A stretch of 64,000 bases of DNA, taken from the NCBI GenBank assembly GCA_045586845.1, contig JAZNBB010000058.1:6532-70531 (forward strand). Direction: 5' to 3'. Below the pieces are notes generated by a model that saw nothing but the letters and a program-made list of their open reading frames with translations, was not told the DNA's origin and made no database searches. The stretch is from Eubacteriales bacterium. GTDB taxonomy: Bacteria > Bacillota > Clostridia > Oscillospirales > CAG-272. The translations under genes and the position numbers were made by a program. Each line of letters begins with the position of its first letter. The stretch's first letter is position 1. This document shows positions 1 through 8,469 of the stretch, piece by piece.

Positions 1-15
1 AGGGAGGAAACTCAT

Positions 16-870
16 ATGAGCAAATATCTTGATATGTTGTGCGCCGAAGCGGCACGCGTCGGCGGTACGTTTTATAAAATCACCGAGATTCACAAGGGTG
101 AGATCGAAACTGCCGCACTCAGCGCGGGCAACGCTTGCCAAAACAGCTATTCGGTCGCAAAATCCTTTGTAGTGACTGCGATCGGTATGCTTTATGACCA
201 AGGGCTAATAGACCCTGACGATCGCATCGTGGATATTTTTGCGGATGAGCTTCCCGGTGATATGGACCCCAATTGGCATCTGATGACCGTGCATCACGCC
301 ATGACGCACACCTGCGGTTTTCCGCTTGGTTATTTGGATATTGACGCCATAGACGCAAGCAAACTCGGAACTGACGATTATCTGACCTATCTTTTCAAGA
401 CAAAACTCGACTTTGTGCCCGGTGCCAAATGGGCGTACAGCGATGCAGCGTTTTATCTGCTTTCGCGCGTAGTCAGCAAAAAGAGTGGGGAAAAGGTGGA
501 TGATTTCCTTTGGACGCGCCTGTTCTATCCCTTGGGCTTCCGCGAAATGGCGTGGAGTAAATGCCCAAAGGGCTATCCCATAGGCGCGACGGGACTGTAT
601 ATTTACACCGAGGATATGGCAAAGCTGGGCGAGCTGTATTTGCGCGGCGGCGTATGGCAGGGCACGCGCATCCTGTCCGAGGAGTGGTGCGAGATGACGC
701 GCAAGCGCGGCTATGAGTTTCACAATATCTGTTCGGGCAAGGCATACGGCAAGGGCGGCGCGTTCGGACAAATGCTGCTGTATATCCCGGAGCAGGAGCG
801 CGTGGTTGCATGGCATTCCTTTGGCGGTGGAGATCTGCTGCCCGCAGTCACACTTTGGAGAGATGAATGA
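16..870 (+). CDS. serine hydrolase, beta-lactamase/transpeptidase-like family
   Basis: Has an S-x-x-K motif (SVAK) near the N-terminus, followed by YSD/AAF-type class C-like blocks. RBS agggagg lies upstream of the ATG. The stop overlaps the next start (ATGA). Confidence 0.75.
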   Translation: MSKYLDMLCAEAARVGGTFYKITEIHKGEIETAALSAGNACQNSYSVAKSFVVTAIGMLYDQGLIDPDDRIVDIFADELPGDMDPNWHLMTVHHAMTHTCGFPLGYLDIDAIDASKLGTDDYLTYLFKTKLDFVPGAKWAYSDAAFYLLSRVVSKKSGEKVDDFLWTRLFYPLGFREMAWSKCPKGYPIGATGLYIYTEDMAKLGELYLRGGVWQGTRILSEEWCEMTRKRGYEFHNICSGKAYGKGGAFGQMLLYIPEQERVVAWHSFGGGDLLPAVTLWRDE

Positions 871-1751
871 TCTACGACAGTATTGTACAAGCTATCCCCA
901 TCAATAAGGGCTGGTCGGGGGATAAAAAATACAGAGCGGTCACCTCTGATGGTTCTGTGTATTTGTTACGCATAGCTGCGCCCGAGCGGGCGGAGCGTAA
1001 AAAGCGCGAGTTTGCGCAGATGCAACGGGTGGCAGAGCTGGGAATTTCCATGTGTAAACCCATTGAATTTGGCGAATGCGACGAGGGTGTTTACAGCCTG
1101 CAAAGCTTTATTGATGGCTATGATGCAGAGGAATACATCCCCACACTGCCTGAAGAGAAACACTACGAATACGGCTATGAGGCAGGGCAGATCCTGGCGC
1201 GCATCCACACGTTGCCCACGCCGGGCGGCGTATCCGATTGGGAGAGCCGCTTTAACGCCAAGATCGACCGTAAGCTTGCCATGTACCGCGACTGTCCCTT
1301 GAAATACGACGTGGATATTCCCATGCTTGACTACATCGCGCAGAATCGTCATCTGCTCCAAGGTCGTCCGCAGAGCTACCAGCACGGAGACTACCACATC
1401 GGCAACATGATGGTCGACAGGGAAGGACGGTTGGTCATTATTGACTTTGATCGAGACGATTACGGCGATCCTTGGGAGGAGTTCAACCGCATCGTTTGGT
1501 GTGCGCAGGCAACACCCGCTTTTGCATCGGGTATGGTGGACGGATATTTTGACGGCAAAGTGCCCGATGCATTTTGGCGTTTGCTGGCACTGTATATCTG
1601 CTCCAATACGCTCAGCTCCTTGCCATGGGCGATTCCGTTTGGAGAGCAGGAGATCGAGACTATGAGAAAGCAGCAAGCCGATGTGCTTGCATGGTACGAC
1701 AATATGAGAAAAACGGTACCGACTTGGTATCAAACGGAGGACAAAAAATGA
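867..1751 (+). CDS. phosphotransferase enzyme family protein (aminoglycoside/choline kinase-like)
   Basis: Carries the Brenner-type catalytic block HGDYHIGNMMV followed by IIDFD. It is translationally coupled on both sides through ATGA overlaps at 867 and 1748. Confidence 0.75.
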   Translation: MIYDSIVQAIPINKGWSGDKKYRAVTSDGSVYLLRIAAPERAERKKREFAQMQRVAELGISMCKPIEFGECDEGVYSLQSFIDGYDAEEYIPTLPEEKHYEYGYEAGQILARIHTLPTPGGVSDWESRFNAKIDRKLAMYRDCPLKYDVDIPMLDYIAQNRHLLQGRPQSYQHGDYHIGNMMVDREGRLVIIDFDRDDYGDPWEEFNRIVWCAQATPAFASGMVDGYFDGKVPDAFWRLLALYICSNTLSSLPWAIPFGEQEIETMRKQQADVLAWYDNMRKTVPTWYQTEDKK

Positions 1752-2773
1752 AAAGCAAAAAAACATTGAACATTATACTCATCGTACTTGGCAGCTTAAC
1801 AGCAATTGTCGCGTTGGTGCTTTGCGGTGCAATCTGCTATTTCAAACTGCCCGTAGCATCCTACTATGTTGCATCCGAAAAGGCGTTCATCATTCCCGAT
1901 ATCATGGACGGCTATGTACCGCAGGGTATGCACTATTGCGAGGATGAGAAAGTTCTGCTGCTCAGCGGCTACCGTGCAGACGGCACAGCGTCACCCGTTT
2001 ACGTTGTAAATGCAAGTGATGGCAAGCTGCTCAAGCAGGTTATACTGCAAAACGAGGATGGCAGCGATTTTGTCGGTCACGGCGGCGGTATTGCCAAATA
2101 TAATGACTATGTGTACGTTGCAGGCGATGAGGCGATCCTGTATGTCTACTCATATGCCGACATTATGGCAGCAGAGCAGGGCGGCAGTGTCAAGTGCAAA
2201 GGCAATATCAACCTCAAGGTATCCGACGAGGATTACCTGATCCCCGCATTTGTCACGGTGTATAGAAATACACTGGTTGTGGGCGAGTTTTATCGTGAAG
2301 AGGTGTATCCCACGCCCCAATCGCACCACATGACCACTGAGGCAGGGGATGTGCACTACGCCCTTGCCGTAAGATTCTTGCTGTCTGAGAGTGCAGAGTT
2401 TGGTATTGTGCCCACTCCAAATCTTGCGTTCAGTCTGCCCAACCAGGTGCAGGGTATGACCTTTTCCGAGAATGGCGAGCAAGTGTACTTGTCTACCTCC
2501 TGGGGGCTTTCGTTCTCTCATATTCTGGAATACGACATGAATGATCTTGTGAGACAAGGAGACGTGACGATGCTTGGCAAGTCCATTCCGTTGTACGCCA
2601 TGGACAGCGCATCCCTTATCAAGGACCATAAGATAGCACCTATGTCTGAGGAAATGGCAATCATTGACGGCAAACTGTACGTGCTCTCCGAGTCTGCCAG
2701 TGACAAATATATTTTCGGTCGCTTCACAGGCGGCAAATGGTGCTATGCCACCGATATGGAGAAAATGAAATAA
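1748..2773 (+). CDS. membrane-anchored hypothetical protein (one N-terminal TM helix, extracytoplasmic domain)
   Basis: I place the start at MKSKKTLNIILIVLGSL (ATG 1748), which overlaps the stop of the upstream gene. The 1574 start in the ORF track overlaps the kinase gene. A hydrophobic N-terminal helix is followed by about 300 aa with no motif I recognise. Confidence 0.55.
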   Translation: MKSKKTLNIILIVLGSLTAIVALVLCGAICYFKLPVASYYVASEKAFIIPDIMDGYVPQGMHYCEDEKVLLLSGYRADGTASPVYVVNASDGKLLKQVILQNEDGSDFVGHGGGIAKYNDYVYVAGDEAILYVYSYADIMAAEQGGSVKCKGNINLKVSDEDYLIPAFVTVYRNTLVVGEFYREEVYPTPQSHHMTTEAGDVHYALAVRFLLSESAEFGIVPTPNLAFSLPNQVQGMTFSENGEQVYLSTSWGLSFSHILEYDMNDLVRQGDVTMLGKSIPLYAMDSASLIKDHKIAPMSEEMAIIDGKLYVLSESASDKYIFGRFTGGKWCYATDMEKMK

Positions 2774-2781
2774 GACGCAAA

Positions 2782-2810
2782 AACGGCGATGATCAAAAGT
2801 CATCGCCGTT
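2782..2810. terminator. bidirectional stem-loop between convergent genes
   Basis: AACGGCGATGA-tcaaaag-TCATCGCCGTT forms a perfect 11-bp stem, with A-rich sequence on the left and T-containing sequence on the right. Confidence 0.55.
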
Positions 2811-2873
2811 AAATATTTGATTGACAATAATTTGCACGTAGGGCAGTGGCTTGCTCTCGTAGTGTATGCAAGC

Positions 2874-4370
2874 TCAATCTCCATTCTCCAATTTTTCCAA
2901 ACGGCTCTCCAGCTCATCCACGCGGCTTTCCAGCTCATCGCAAGCATCTTCACAATCGTAGCGCACGGAGGACAGATCGTCTACCTCGCTGCGCAAATCG
3001 TCCATATCCTGTTCAAGCTTTCTGATCTTTTCATCCAGGCTGTTCACAAATCCGCTTAACCTTACCTTGGTTGTGCCCTGTACAAGCTCGATCTGCGCAA
3101 GCTCAAACGTCGCACCTTGATTTTCAATGGGATCAAGGCGCAACCCCGTAAGCGTTCCGTGCCAAAAGCCGTTGGCAGAGGTGTCAATATAAATATCCTG
3201 CATTTGTCCCGTTGCCAGATAATGCACACTGAATTTGCGCTGTTCGGTGTAATCCTCGCATCCCGGTGTTTTGAAGTAAAGTTTCATTTCTGCGTTGTTA
3301 GGGATATTGTTGTTATAGTAAACACGCCTGTTCTGATCAAATAGTGTGGCTTTGATTCTCAGATGAATATATCTTGCGCGATCAATGTTTAAATTCAGAT
3401 CATCGCACGAAAGCATGGGATCCCATACCTCTCGCATGATCTTGACCGGCTCGGACAAAAGGGTAATGCCCGGCAGCTCGGGACAAAGCTTGGCATTTTT
3501 CAGAATGGGTCCGGGGGATTTGAGATCGTCAAATTTTGCATCATTTTCCATGTGCATAACATATTTTTTGCATATCTCGGCATCCATTTCGAAAACCACC
3601 TCGCCTTGCGGTGTCAGCAACATGATCGATTCGATCTCAGTTCTGCCGTCGCCCTCCGCGAATGGGTCAACGCGCAGTCCTGTCAGTACGCCGCGAAACA
3701 GGGGATGATTGATACTAAGGTCCAGCGTCATTTTATTGCCCGTGGGATAGCCTGTGCGTATCGATTTGTATTCATCCCAGTTCGGATTTTCACGCGTGAT
3801 AAAAAACACCTGCAATGCGTGATGGCTTCGATTACTCACGGTGGCGAGCTTGATGAGAATACGCGATACACCGTCAAGCGGGACAGAAAGTCCTGCAAGA
3901 ATGAATTGCGGATCCACGATCATACCAACAGGACGCTTGGCGGGCACTGCCTTCATGCAAAGTGCACCGCTATCATCCATGATGTGCAAGCCGTCCGACT
4001 TCCATTTCTTTTTATCGACCGCGGACATTTTGGCAAAATCAAAGCATACAACGCGCGGTGCTTGGCGGAGCATGATCTCCCTGGACTCACCCTCGTCCTT
4101 GGCGGTCAGCATTTCAAGCAATCGCTCCAAGGAGGCAACGCGCTTTTCCAATTCGCTCTCGGGTACCTTGGGTGTGGAAAGCCCCAAAAGCTCGTCGGTC
4201 GAAATGCCGAACAGCTTGGCAATGCGGGGAATCAGCTCTATATCGGGATTGGCAATCCCGCGTTCCCATTTGGAGATCGCCTGAGCAGAGATTACAAGTT
4301 GCTCTGCAAGCATTTCCTGTGTCATGCCGCGATCCTTGCGCAGCTGACAGATTTTTTCACCAATATTCAT
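2874..4370 (-). CDS. XRE-family HTH transcriptional regulator with large C-terminal extension
   Basis: The N-terminus GEKICQLRKDRGMTQEMLAEQLVISAQAISKWERG is a classic Cro/C1 HTH. Two internal repeats follow, ending in ...LTGLRVDP... and ...LTGLRLDP.... The acidic coiled-coil tail reads DELESRVDELESRLEKLE. Confidence 0.7.
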   Translation of the reverse strand: MNIGEKICQLRKDRGMTQEMLAEQLVISAQAISKWERGIANPDIELIPRIAKLFGISTDELLGLSTPKVPESELEKRVASLERLLEMLTAKDEGESREIMLRQAPRVVCFDFAKMSAVDKKKWKSDGLHIMDDSGALCMKAVPAKRPVGMIVDPQFILAGLSVPLDGVSRILIKLATVSNRSHHALQVFFITRENPNWDEYKSIRTGYPTGNKMTLDLSINHPLFRGVLTGLRVDPFAEGDGRTEIESIMLLTPQGEVVFEMDAEICKKYVMHMENDAKFDDLKSPGPILKNAKLCPELPGITLLSEPVKIMREVWDPMLSCDDLNLNIDRARYIHLRIKATLFDQNRRVYYNNNIPNNAEMKLYFKTPGCEDYTEQRKFSVHYLATGQMQDIYIDTSANGFWHGTLTGLRLDPIENQGATFELAQIELVQGTTKVRLSGFVNSLDEKIRKLEQDMDDLRSEVDDLSSVRYDCEDACDELESRVDELESRLEKLENGD

Positions 4371-4609
4371 GTTCCGTAGCCCCTCTCATCATTTCGGTCG
4401 GTCGTGATCACACATTCATTGTACCACAACCGCCCAAATTCGTCAATGACTTGTTTTTCCAGTCGCTAAACCGTGGGTTTAGAAGAAAAAAAGAGAGGCG
4501 AAATGCCTCCCTGACGAGTATGTGTGAAATATTTACTGTAGGTGCAAGCAAATTCGACTTTGACGAAATTGCTCGCACCTACAAGACATCCGGAATATTT
4601 GTTGCATTA

Positions 4610-5437
4610 TTATCCCTCTGCCAGATCAATGATCTGCGTACCGTTGATCATAAGATAATGCTTTTTGACGCAGCGCAGGGAAGAGATCCAGCCGCGCACG
4701 ATCACTGTGCGGAAATGCCCCGTGTCGTAGCCCTCGGGCCCCATGTTATCCCACAGCCATGAAGGTGTGGGCCACAGGCAATACGTGGGGCGAATGACCT
4801 CATAGCATTCCTTTTCAACGCCGCCCTGACCGTGATGCGCCATTTGTACGTAGTCAGCACGCAACAGGGAATGATCCACAGTGCCGATCAGCTCCTTGCC
4901 TCCGTCCGGTTCAAGGTCGCCAAGGAACAGAATACTCTTTCCGTCAGCTTCAAAGCGGTAAACGGTAGAGGAATTGTTGATATATTTGAAAGCAGTGTTA
5001 TAGGTACGCAGTACGCGTACGGTCACGTTGCCGCTGTCAAAGGTGTACAGGTCGCCCTCAGTCGCGGTCACGATGGGGACCTGCCGCGTCGCTATCGCCT
5101 CGCGGAACTGCTGCAGCCATACCTCGGTGGGGTTATGGCTCTGCTTTGGTTCCCAGCGCACGAGATATTCATCGGGCGGAAAGTTGAAATACACCGCCTC
5201 CACCGTAATATCGGGATGCTTTTGCAGCATTGTGATAAAGCATCCAAAGTGGTCGTCGTGAAAATGAGTCAAAAACCAAGCAGTGACGTGTCCGCCCAGC
5301 CCCTTCAGATACTCATAAAGATAAGGTTCTTCGCTCTCAAAGCCGCCGTCAACCACAAGCAACGTGCCGTTTGACTCAACAACAAATGAGGTATTAATAG
5401 TGTCCGTCACCGATTTGAGAAAATGTAATTTCGCCAT
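4610..5437 (-). CDS. MBL-fold metallo-hydrolase
   Basis: Has the HFHDDHFG (HxHxDH) motif. I place the start at MAKLHFL (ATG 5437), which follows a GGAGGAGG RBS. The 5473 start would overlap the upstream gene. Confidence 0.75.
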   Translation of the reverse strand: MAKLHFLKSVTDTINTSFVVESNGTLLVVDGGFESEEPYLYEYLKGLGGHVTAWFLTHFHDDHFGCFITMLQKHPDITVEAVYFNFPPDEYLVRWEPKQSHNPTEVWLQQFREAIATRQVPIVTATEGDLYTFDSGNVTVRVLRTYNTAFKYINNSSTVYRFEADGKSILFLGDLEPDGGKELIGTVDHSLLRADYVQMAHHGQGGVEKECYEVIRPTYCLWPTPSWLWDNMGPEGYDTGHFRTVIVRGWISSLRCVKKHYLMINGTQIIDLAEG

Positions 5438-5456
5438 CAGATCCTCCTCCTCCTCC

Positions 5457-6311
5457 TCAGCCTTCCTGCTCAATGCGAGACAGCGTCACAACAACCAGCT
5501 CGGGTCTGTTGTTGAAGCGCAGAGGGAATGAGCTCGCGCCAATACCGCGGCTGACCACCATATTTGCATTCTCGTGGGTGTAAACGCCACTGTCGTACTC
5601 GGGAAGTACGCCTTGTCCCGGTGCATAAAGACCGCCGATCAGCGGCAGACGGAATTGTCCTCCGTGCGCGTGACCCGAAAGAGTCAGATCGATCTGTGCC
5701 TCGGCATAACGCCAAAAATATTCCGGGCGGTGCGAGAGAAGCACGGTAAATCCGTCCGTACCCGCGAGTTCACGCAGTTGCTCCGGCGAATGTAAAACGC
5801 CTTCGTAGTTCTCATCATCCACGCCAAGCAGCGTCATGTGTGCATCGCCACGTGCGATTGTGACTGCCTCGGCGTGCAGAATGTCAACGCCGATCTCGCG
5901 CATCTGTGCTTCGAACTCATAATAATCCGATCGGGGAAGTGCACATTCATGATTGCCCGTCACCATATAGCAGGGTGCGATCTGTACGCAGGCTTGTAAC
6001 AGCTCAAGCACTACGGGCACGTTCGGGTTGCGCGCGTCGATCGTGTCTCCCGTGAACACGATGATATCGGGCTGCGCTTCTGACAGCATGGAAAGCAGCT
6101 TTTGGTTGTCCTTGTCGTATTCCGCACAGTGCAGATCGGCAACCTGTGCTATGCGAAATCCATCAAATTCCTGTGGAAGACGCGTGCTTGCGACGGTATA
6201 GTCGGTACGCTCGAGCGCTGTGTTTGCCCAGATCACCCAACCGCCAAAGGCGAGCGATGCAGCGATCAGGATACACAGCGCCGAGAGCGCAATTATCTTT
6301 TTGTCCGTCAT
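5457..6311 (-). CDS. membrane-anchored metallophosphoesterase (calcineurin-like, YkuE-like)
   Basis: An N-terminal TM helix is followed by the motifs DLH, GDTID, GNHE and GHAHGG. The start overlaps the glnA stop by 1 nt (TAATG). Confidence 0.75.
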   Translation of the reverse strand: MTDKKIIALSALCILIAASLAFGGWVIWANTALERTDYTVASTRLPQEFDGFRIAQVADLHCAEYDKDNQKLLSMLSEAQPDIIVFTGDTIDARNPNVPVVLELLQACVQIAPCYMVTGNHECALPRSDYYEFEAQMREIGVDILHAEAVTIARGDAHMTLLGVDDENYEGVLHSPEQLRELAGTDGFTVLLSHRPEYFWRYAEAQIDLTLSGHAHGGQFRLPLIGGLYAPGQGVLPEYDSGVYTHENANMVVSRGIGASSFPLRFNNRPELVVVTLSRIEQEG

Positions 6312-7735
6312 TACAGGTTGTAGTATTTTTCAAACTCAGCGGGATGAGGAATTGCTGCCATAGCTCTGCATTCCTCGCGCTTTGTCTTAATAAAATTGTT
6401 GATGAGCTCAATGGGGAACACGCCGCCTGCAGTCAGGTAGTCGTGGTCAGCCTCCAGCGCGTCAAGTGCCTCGGGCAGCGAGGTGGGCAAATGGCGCAGC
6501 TTTGCCTTTTCCTCGTCGGAAAGATGATAGAGGTTGACGTCGTAAGGACCCCAACCATTTTTGTGCGGGTCTATCTTGTTTTTGATGCCGTCCAATCCTG
6601 CCATCAGGATAGCGGCATAGCAGAAATATGGGTTGCAGGTCGCATCGGGATTGCGCAGCTCAAAGCGACGCTTGTCGGGCGACTTTGCATAAGCGGGGAT
6701 GCGAATGACTGCAGAGCGGTTGGAGGTAGCATAGCCCACCGTAACAGGTGCCTCAAAGCCGGGTACCAGACGCTTGAACGAGTTGGTGCTGGGATTGGTC
6801 AGCGCGCAAAGGGAAGCGATGTGCGAAAGAATGCCGCCCATGAAGTAGTGCGCGGTCTCACTCAGATGTGCGTAGCCGTTATCATCTGCGAAAATGGGCT
6901 GCCCGTCCTTAAACAGCAGCATATGCACATGCATACCGCTGCCTGCCTCACCTGCAATGGGCTTGGGCATAAAGGTGGCGGATTTGCCGTATTTGAGCGC
7001 GGTGTTATGAATGATATACTTGATCATCATGGTTGCATCCGCCATGTGCACCACCTCGCCAAGCTGCGGTTCGATCTCAAACTGACCGGATGCTGCCACT
7101 TCGGGGTGATGATAGTTGATCTCAATCCCCGCGTCCAGCATATGCATACACATTTCGCTTCTTGCTTCATACGAACGGTCAAAGGGCTTGGCAATATGGT
7201 AAGCTTTCTGCTTGGGAACGATCACGCCGTGTCCCTGGCTGTCGCTGTTCCAGTAGGATTGCTCTGCGTCCACGTGTGCTCCGATATAATTGGGGGAGAC
7301 CTCCCAGCCCACGTTGTCAAACAGATAGAACTCAAACTCGGGCAGGATCTTCATGGTGTCGGCAACACCGCACGCACGCATATAAGCAACAGCCGCCTTG
7401 ATGATATTTCTGGGGTACTGTGCAAGCGGCTTGTTTTCCGGGCTGGCAATGATCATAGCGTCGCCGGTCATGGTCAGCGTGGGAATATCGCAGAAGGGGT
7501 CGATCTGTGCGGTGTTCGGATCGGGAATAAACACCATGTCGCTCTTTTCCACTACAGCGTAGCCGTAGTTGGAGGCATCAAATCCAATGCCGCTTTTCAT
7601 GGTATCCTCTGTAAAGTTCCGGGCGGGAATGGTGACATGGCGGTATTGACCGTTGATATCCACCATTTTGAAATCCACCATTTTGATGCCGTGCTCACGG
7701 ATCATGCTCATGATATCCTGTACGCTTTTTGCCAT
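6311..7735 (-). CDS. glnA: glutamine synthetase, type I
   Basis: 474 aa with a typical GS N-terminal beta-grasp and catalytic-domain blocks (KPIAGEAGSGMHVHM, NPYF). RBS aaaggag. Confidence 0.9.
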   Translation of the reverse strand: MAKSVQDIMSMIREHGIKMVDFKMVDINGQYRHVTIPARNFTEDTMKSGIGFDASNYGYAVVEKSDMVFIPDPNTAQIDPFCDIPTLTMTGDAMIIASPENKPLAQYPRNIIKAAVAYMRACGVADTMKILPEFEFYLFDNVGWEVSPNYIGAHVDAEQSYWNSDSQGHGVIVPKQKAYHIAKPFDRSYEARSEMCMHMLDAGIEINYHHPEVAASGQFEIEPQLGEVVHMADATMMIKYIIHNTALKYGKSATFMPKPIAGEAGSGMHVHMLLFKDGQPIFADDNGYAHLSETAHYFMGGILSHIASLCALTNPSTNSFKRLVPGFEAPVTVGYATSNRSAVIRIPAYAKSPDKRRFELRNPDATCNPYFCYAAILMAGLDGIKNKIDPHKNGWGPYDVNLYHLSDEEKAKLRHLPTSLPEALDALEADHDYLTAGGVFPIELINNFIKTKREECRAMAAIPHPAEFEKYYNL

Positions 7736-7837
7736 TTTTCCATACTCCTTTACTTTGGCTTATTAAATTATATACTCCTATTATATCATATTTTCGTCAG
7801 CCGTCAATAAAAACCGTGAAATTTTTAGCCTTTTCTC

Positions 7838-7866
7838 TTGACAAAAACAAAATTGTCGACTATAAT
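7838..7866 (+). promoter_or_regulatory. sigma-A type promoter (TTGACA-17-TATAAT) for the TetR/fak operon
   Basis: Perfect -35 TTGACA at 7838-7843, a 17-nt spacer, and perfect -10 TATAAT at 7861-7866. Confidence 0.6.
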
Positions 7867-7868
7867 TG

Positions 7869-7892
7869 GATAAGCAACTATGGTTGTTTATC
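7869..7892 (+). promoter_or_regulatory. palindromic candidate operator (TetR-type)
   Basis: GATAAGCAAC-tatg-GTTGTTTATC has 9 of 10 positions symmetric. It lies immediately downstream of the -10 box and upstream of the TetR gene. Confidence 0.4.
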
Positions 7893-7922
7893 TTTGGGTA
7901 TAAAACAGAGAAAGGAGCAAAT

Positions 7923-8456
7923 ATGGATCTGCGCATCATAAAAACCAAAAATCAGATCAAGCAGGCATTTTTGTCGCTGCGCAATAAGTATTCACTGGAA
8001 AAGATTAAGGTCAAGGACATCTGTGAGCTTGCCATGATCAATAAAACCACGTTTTATAAGCATTATGTGGATTCATTTGCACTTGCCAATGAGCTGGAAG
8101 AGAGCTGCATGGAAAAGCTGATGAACGCATTTTCCGAAAAAAAGAGCTTATTCGAGTCCCCCAAGGCTTACGTACAGGGCTTGTTGGGTGCGACCGAAAA
8201 ATATGCAGAGGAGCTGCGCCAGGTCTACCGCGACAGAAAGGACACCTTTGTCTCCAAGCTTGAGCAACGGCTGATGCAGGCTTGCGAGAGCGATGAGAGC
8301 AGCGAACAGCGTATTGCAGCTACGTTTATGATCAGCGGCACGGCGCAGGTGCTTGGCCAATGGTTGTTCGGTGAGGAGGGCAAACGCCCCGATCTTGGTG
8401 CCATTGCGACATACATTGAACGCATGTCGGGAAGCCTGATTCCCGCAACCAAATAA
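7923..8456 (+). CDS. TetR/AcrR-family regulator (dihydroxyacetone-kinase-regulator-like subfamily)
   Basis: The N-terminal HTH reads IKVKDICELAMINKTTFYKHY. I place the start at MDLRIIKTKN, which follows RBS aaaggag. The 7866 start in the ORF track overlaps the -10 box at 7861-7866. Confidence 0.7.
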   Translation: MDLRIIKTKNQIKQAFLSLRNKYSLEKIKVKDICELAMINKTTFYKHYVDSFALANELEESCMEKLMNAFSEKKSLFESPKAYVQGLLGATEKYAEELRQVYRDRKDTFVSKLEQRLMQACESDESSEQRIAATFMISGTAQVLGQWLFGEEGKRPDLGAIATYIERMSGSLIPATK

Positions 8457-8469
8457 AGGACGGAGATTT

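Noticed and set aside
1574-1747. N-terminal extensions given in the ORF track for many genes. Examples are starts at 1574, 7866, 13124, 21626, 25252, 26034, 41472, 46366 and 52046 on the plus strand, and 5473, 25363, 34862, 40928, 41368, 42994 and 46402 on the minus strand.
   Set aside because: In each case an internal ATG or GTG preceded by a GGAG-type RBS gives the conserved protein N-terminus. The extension overlaps an upstream gene, promoter or repeat.
6146-7810. 554-aa plus-strand ORF.
   Set aside because: It lies entirely antisense to the unambiguous glnA gene. The product is low-complexity and Cys/His/Arg/Val-rich with no motif. This is a typical GC-driven shadow ORF.
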